From the IMG/VR virus record IMGVR_UViG_3300021197_001635, positions 72,013 through 136,012 of that record: a stretch of 64,000 bases of DNA. One strand, given 5' to 3'. The notes under the pieces are model-generated. The model was not told where the DNA came from. It did no database searches and saw nothing but the letters and a program-made list of their open reading frames with translations. The translations under genes and the position numbers were made by a program. This stretch comes from a virus. Of this stretch, positions 59,182 through 64,000 are shown piece by piece; position 1 is the stretch's first letter, and every line of letters begins with the position of its first letter.

Positions 59182-59184
59182 TCA

Positions 59185-60114
59185 ATGGCATACTTCAAAA
59201 AATTTCCTAGGATAGAGTATTCATTCGATGACGGTCAGAATACTAAGACTGCTGTAGACATTCTTACCAGAGTTGCAGTTAAGGACAAGATCAAGAATAC
59301 CCATGACATGTTCATAGAGTATGATGTACAGGATGGGGAAAGACCAGATACATTGGCGGACAGATTCTATGGAGATTCTGATCTACACTGGGTTATACTT
59401 TTATTCAATGATATTGTGAATCCATATTACGGATTCCCATTGTCTTCCAAGGCTATGGATAACTATTTGAAGTCTATCTACCCAGGCGAGACTTACTTCC
59501 TTCTAGATGCTGGTTCTGGAGGTTTTGCTAATATCCATTATAACAGAAACGAAACCATACTGGGTGTTTCGGGGTCTGAGGTCATATTTACCAACGGAGT
59601 TGGAACTCATGCTACCCTTGATGGCGAGAATGCTGCTAGGTGTCATTCTTGGGACAAGAGTTATTCTAGGTTGGTGGTTACTGGGGTTTCAGGTGCTTTT
59701 AATGCAGGGGACTTCATCACCACTAGGGGCACTAGTGCAGACGGCACACCTGTCTTCAACGTTGCTAAAATAGGTAGGAAGGTGTCGGTAAGCAGTCAGG
59801 CAGCACACCACTTTGAAGACATCATAGGAAGCACTAGTGAGGACACAATAAGCCATCTCTCCACTCCACCAGACTCCGATGGGACGCAGTACCCGCTGGG
59901 TCAATCTGGTTCTACTGGTGCTGCTGTCCCTTTTGGAGATACAATACTACAGAACTACATCGTTGATAGCACCGACACATACACAATCACCAATGCTAAT
60001 CATGAGCATAAGAAAAATGATTCGAGAAGAAGCATCAAACTGTTGAAACCCAAGTATGTGGCTAGGGTGGCAGGTGAGTTGGGCAAGGTCATCAGGGGCA
60101 GACTAAATGGCTGA
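59185..60114 (+). CDS. gp53: Baseplate wedge subunit
   Basis: YF..FP.IEY, Y.V.DGERPD.LA..FYGD..LHWVILL.N, N..R.IKLLKP. Confidence 0.85.
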   Translation: MAYFKKFPRIEYSFDDGQNTKTAVDILTRVAVKDKIKNTHDMFIEYDVQDGERPDTLADRFYGDSDLHWVILLFNDIVNPYYGFPLSSKAMDNYLKSIYPGETYFLLDAGSGGFANIHYNRNETILGVSGSEVIFTNGVGTHATLDGENAARCHSWDKSYSRLVVTGVSGAFNAGDFITTRGTSADGTPVFNVAKIGRKVSVSSQAAHHFEDIIGSTSEDTISHLSTPPDSDGTQYPLGQSGSTGAAVPFGDTILQNYIVDSTDTYTITNANHEHKKNDSRRSIKLLKPKYVARVAGELGKVIRGRLNG

Positions 60115-61453
60115 AGATACTTATAAACAACTCAACGATGTAGAAATAGACAGTATTATAATAAGATCCGATCAAGGAGGAGAGGTCGACATATCCAAAA
60201 TGTGCAAGCATGTTAGCATATTTGAGGATATGTTCTCTACCTGCACAGAAGGTTATGCCCTAGTAGTAGATGCCATGGGGTTGATCAACCATTTGCCCAT
60301 AATAGGTCAAGAGACGATCACCGTTAGTTTTAAGACTCCTGGCTTCGGCAATAGTCCACTTGAGTTGTCTTTCGAAGTGTATGCGATAGAGAGCAGGACC
60401 AAATCTAAGAACGACAAGTCTGAGATATACGAGATGAAGTTTATCTCCAAAGAGTTCAGAGAGTCTAAGATTAGGAGAATCAGTAAGGCCTATCAGGGCA
60501 GAATATCCGATATTGTGGCAGATGTATTCTCTACTTATTTCCCTAACACCGAGGCTACCGTACTTAAGACGCGAGGGGAATACAAATACACCATACCCAA
60601 TTGGAGTCCTTTTGAGACTTTAGACTGGTTGTCATCAAGGGCGATATCTGAGGAAGGCAGGGGTAATGCCAACTATGTGTTGTTTCAGAAAAAAGGAAAA
60701 TATGTGTTCGCACCCATAAGCTCCATGTCCAAGATCAAACCGAAGTATGCATATGAGGTAGCACCCACCGCAGTCGACACCAAGGCTGGTTCGTCTGGTA
60801 ATATTTTAAAACAGTTCTTCAATATCCAAGAATACAGCATACCCAATCAATTTAACAGATTGGAAGAACTCAACGACTCTATGTACTCCTCTAACCTAAT
60901 AGTACATGACATCGTAAATAAGAACTATATCTCCTCTTACAGGAAATATATTGAATCCTTTGCAGATTCAGACAAGTGCGAAGAATTCCCTTATCTTCCG
61001 ATAAAAAACAGATATTCATCCACCCCGTTGGCAACAAGCTTTATTAGGACAAAACACCAAGGGCTGCATGACGATTATCCAGACACTCAGGACACAGAAG
61101 AATGGTTGCTTAAAAGAAATGCTACCATGAAAGAAATGGATACCACCAAAGTTAAGATAACTATAGCTGGTAACTCAGATCTATCAGTAGGTGACACCCT
61201 CAGACTGAGATTCCCAGTAAGCGAACCAGTGGGAAGAGTAGATTCTGAGTGGAGTGATAAATACTCTGATGGAACTTACCTGATTACTGCTATACGTCAT
61301 TCAATTAACCTTGCTACTGAACCTAAAGAATATACATGTATCATAGAGTTATCTAGAGACTCGATACCAGAAAGAGTTCCCGACAAGTCTACGATTCTAG
61401 GAACTGGAAGAGACACTAATAATCAATCTAATACCAACTTCTTGACAGGGTGA
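60107..61453 (+). CDS. Baseplate hub protein (gp27-like position)
   Basis: IFED.F, LPIIGQE, IPNWSPF, G.YLITAIRH; lies between gp53 and gp5. Confidence 0.65.
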   Translation: MAEDTYKQLNDVEIDSIIIRSDQGGEVDISKMCKHVSIFEDMFSTCTEGYALVVDAMGLINHLPIIGQETITVSFKTPGFGNSPLELSFEVYAIESRTKSKNDKSEIYEMKFISKEFRESKIRRISKAYQGRISDIVADVFSTYFPNTEATVLKTRGEYKYTIPNWSPFETLDWLSSRAISEEGRGNANYVLFQKKGKYVFAPISSMSKIKPKYAYEVAPTAVDTKAGSSGNILKQFFNIQEYSIPNQFNRLEELNDSMYSSNLIVHDIVNKNYISSYRKYIESFADSDKCEEFPYLPIKNRYSSTPLATSFIRTKHQGLHDDYPDTQDTEEWLLKRNATMKEMDTTKVKITIAGNSDLSVGDTLRLRFPVSEPVGRVDSEWSDKYSDGTYLITAIRHSINLATEPKEYTCIIELSRDSIPERVPDKSTILGTGRDTNNQSNTNFLTG

Positions 61454-61455
61454 AA

Positions 61456-62391
61456 ATGAATAAGTCTTATAACAATTTTATATGGTATGTGGGTGTGGTA
61501 GAAGATAGAGACGATCCTAAGCAAATAGGCAGATGCAGGGTCAGATGCCTAGGATATCATACCAGTTCTAAAGAATTACTGCCTACAGATGATTTGCCTT
61601 GGGCATACCCCATGATGCCTATCACCTCTGCATCTATGAATGGGATTGGTGGGTCTCCAGTAGGACCAGTGGAAGGAACTTGGATATTTGGTTTTTTCAG
61701 GGATGGAGAATCCGCACAAGAACCAATGATGATGGGTACTCTACCAGGCATACCCGAGTTCGCACCGAATCCCAATGAAGGATTTAATGATCCTAACGGG
61801 GTGTATCCTAAATCTGATTTCATTGGAGAAGCAGACACCAACAGACTGACTAGAAATGACATGATAGACAAGACGGTGGTTAAGACTAAGATTGACGACT
61901 TAGATGAGATGGAAGTATCTACAGGTGTTGGAAGCCAAGACACCCTGTCAGAACCGCAAACAGCCTATTCTGCCACTTATCCTTTCAATAAAGTGATGGA
62001 AACGGAAAGCGGACATATAGTAGAGGTAGACGACACCGAGGGACATGAGAGGTTGCATGTGTACCATAAGTCGGGAACCTTTATAGAAATACATCCAGAC
62101 GGCAGCATGGTCAGAAAAGTAGCTGGAAAGTCGCACGAGGTTATAGCATCTGACGACAACCTTCATATCAAGGGGGCATTGAACATAACCGTGGAGGGAA
62201 ATTCTAACATTTACACCAAGGGCAACGTCAATATGAAGACAGATGGAAATGTGGTCCATGATGTAACTAACGGTAATTATGAACTCAACGTCGGTGGGGA
62301 TATTACCCTGAATTCTAGTGGGGGATCTTCTACTGTAAAGATGACTCCTTCTAGCATAAAACTCAATAGTGGTACAATACAACTTAACTAG
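61456..62391 (+). CDS. gp5: Baseplate hub/spike gp5 without lysozyme domain
   Basis: GVVEDR.DP...GR.RVR..G.H, LPWA, GFF.DG..AQ.P, YPFN.V.ETESGH..E.DDT.G.ER, beta-helix repeats. Confidence 0.88.
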   Translation: MNKSYNNFIWYVGVVEDRDDPKQIGRCRVRCLGYHTSSKELLPTDDLPWAYPMMPITSASMNGIGGSPVGPVEGTWIFGFFRDGESAQEPMMMGTLPGIPEFAPNPNEGFNDPNGVYPKSDFIGEADTNRLTRNDMIDKTVVKTKIDDLDEMEVSTGVGSQDTLSEPQTAYSATYPFNKVMETESGHIVEVDDTEGHERLHVYHKSGTFIEIHPDGSMVRKVAGKSHEVIASDDNLHIKGALNITVEGNSNIYTKGNVNMKTDGNVVHDVTNGNYELNVGGDITLNSSGGSSTVKMTPSSIKLNSGTIQLN

Positions 62392-62399
62392 GGTTCAGT

Positions 62400-63584
62400 A
62401 TGGATAAAGCACAAAAAATAATAAACCAGTTGAAAAGGGCGGGAATACTGCTGGAGGTAAATAGTGATGGCGGTATAACTCCATCTAAGGTTTCTAGCAG
62501 GAGCCTTACTCTAGAAGAATTGGGTGCTATCAATGAAAATTCATCAGAAATAAGTAGTATATTGAATGCCTCAATCGTTGCCCAAACTGGTACACCAGAG
62601 AAAAAGGTGGGTCCTTTACCGACAGAGATTAAAGAGACGGCCTTAAATCCTCTAAGTGCAGCACAACTAAGCATATTTAATGTAGGACCCACTGGAAGCA
62701 CAGGCCCGATTGGATCTACTGGATCTACTGGATCTACTGGATCTACTGGATCTACTGGAAGCACAGGTCCGATTGGATCTACTGGAAGCACAGGTCCGAT
62801 TGGATCTACTGGTGCTACTGGTACAACTGGTGCTACTGGTACAACTGGTGCTACTGGTCCAGTTGGAGACTACCTAAAACATTACAATGGCATAACATCT
62901 GATGGTGTTACAACCGCAAACACCATAGCTGCATTTAGTGGGATAATAGGAGGAACCTCAGGTGTTACTCTGAGTAGTGGTATTAATGTGGGTGGAAACA
63001 TTATCATATCCGAGGATGGGTTTATTGGAACTGCTGATGACGATGAGAGAATTAAATTTGATGGTTCAGGTAACATACTTTCGTTCAGAACTCCAAATGT
63101 GCAAATTGAGAGAAAACTAGCACACTATGGAGATGGAGATACATTCCTTGACTTTACCGCAGATAGATTGAAGGTTGAAGTGGGTGGCAGTGAGGTTATG
63201 GATATGCAAACTGCTGGAATTGATATGAATGATTTCGAACTTGCTAAACCCAATCTGAAAGACTACTCAGAAGCCGTGAATGCAATTGGTTCAGTCAATA
63301 GCAACACAGCAGTTGATTTTGAAGGTGGCAATGTGCAGACGGTTACTATTGGTGGCAATTGTGAGTTCAGTTTAAGTAACCCACCTGCATCTGGTAAAGC
63401 GGGAACGGTTACACTCATCATCACTAATGGTGGTGCTCATACTACTACATTCGCTTCTGCCATTAAATGGCCCAGCAATGTTGCACCTTCATTAACATCT
63501 TCTGGTATTGACATCATCACGTTCTTGACCATTGATGCTGGCACTAACATATATGGATTTGTGGGTGGGTTGAACTTCTCATGA
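62400..63584 (+). CDS. Collagen-like (G-X-T/G-P-I) tail-fibre-associated protein
   Basis: GST/GAT/GPI triplet tract plus beta-rich C-terminal domain. Confidence 0.7.
   Translation: MDKAQKIINQLKRAGILLEVNSDGGITPSKVSSRSLTLEELGAINENSSEISSILNASIVAQTGTPEKKVGPLPTEIKETALNPLSAAQLSIFNVGPTGSTGPIGSTGSTGSTGSTGSTGSTGPIGSTGSTGPIGSTGATGTTGATGTTGATGPVGDYLKHYNGITSDGVTTANTIAAFSGIIGGTSGVTLSSGINVGGNIIISEDGFIGTADDDERIKFDGSGNILSFRTPNVQIERKLAHYGDGDTFLDFTADRLKVEVGGSEVMDMQTAGIDMNDFELAKPNLKDYSEAVNAIGSVNSNTAVDFEGGNVQTVTIGGNCEFSLSNPPASGKAGTVTLIITNGGAHTTTFASAIKWPSNVAPSLTSSGIDIITFLTIDAGTNIYGFVGGLNFS
62712..62756 (+). repeat. 9-bp tandem repeat GGATCTACT x5 within the collagen-like tract
   Basis: Direct reading. Confidence 0.9.
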
Positions 63585-64000
63585 TAGGTGCATCAAGAGC
63601 AGCCAGTACGAGACAATATCAGGCATTGTCTACCACCAATATCACCTCCACTGGATCACAGAGTTACACTGTCCCAGAAGGAACAGTCTTTCTTGAGATA
63701 GAGATGTATGGTGGAGGTGGTGGAGGTGGTGGAGGTTATCTAGTCAGCGGTAGAGGAGGTTCAACCCATAAGAAGGGCGGCGGTGGCGGTGGTGGTGCTT
63801 ATGTAAAACACAAACTATTCATCGCCCAGTTAGTTGAGGATGCTGTAGTCAACTTCACTGTCGGGGCGGGGGGAGCGGCAGGAGTAGCCCTCAACGATGG
63901 GGCTGATGGTGGGAACACCACACTAGACAACATAGTCGCGCCTGGAGGGGGGTCATCCACTAGTTTGTCTGGACCTTCTGCTGGTGGTGGAGGCAAGGGT
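63581..64000 (+). CDS. Glycine-rich tail/fibre protein, runs off the window
   Basis: [32 protein letters not shown]. Confidence 0.65.
   Translation, partial: MIGASRAASTRQYQALSTTNITSTGSQSYTVPEGTVFLEIEMYGGGGGGGGGYLVSGRGGSTHKKGGGGGGGAYVKHKLFIAQLVEDAVVNFTVGAGGAAGVALNDGADGGNTTLDNIVAPGGGSSTSLSGPSAGGGGKG

Noticed and set aside
62690-62860. Collagen-like tandem repeats as a novel element
   Set aside because: Ordinary G-X-Y coding repeats of phage fibre proteins.

Overview
This is a 64-kb fragment of a large T4-like myovirus genome. Core genes include gp61 primase, gp32, gp33, gp2, gp4, gp48, gp53, gp5 and the gp26/gp51 baseplate genes; it also has TATAAATA late promoters and five tRNAs. A porin, its upstream small protein and a PAPG-type sorting signal point to a Planctomycete (Phycisphaerales) host; this is an inference. 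Main signals: (1) a PurZ-type (GSTGKG) aminoadenylosuccinate synthetase next to an NMP kinase, with adenine deaminase, IMPDH, GSII and a class II RNR elsewhere in the window and no DatZ/MazZ seen, suggesting a variant 2-aminoadenine (Z) DNA pathway in a T4-like phage; (2) a ~20-kb array of genes starting with a T4 capsid-targeting-like leader (MKSFKQF/Y..E), often near-identical at DNA level, carrying low-complexity W/P/D/G cargo and enzymes; (3) a ~350-nt nested-stem non-coding element and a circularly permuted tRNA-like (Y-RNA-like) element; (4) a shared repeat/promoter block upstream of a VWA gene and a MoxR AAA gene 30 kb apart; (5) a likely -1 frameshift upstream of the tape-measure-like gene. 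All family calls come from motif recognition by eye; no searches were run.
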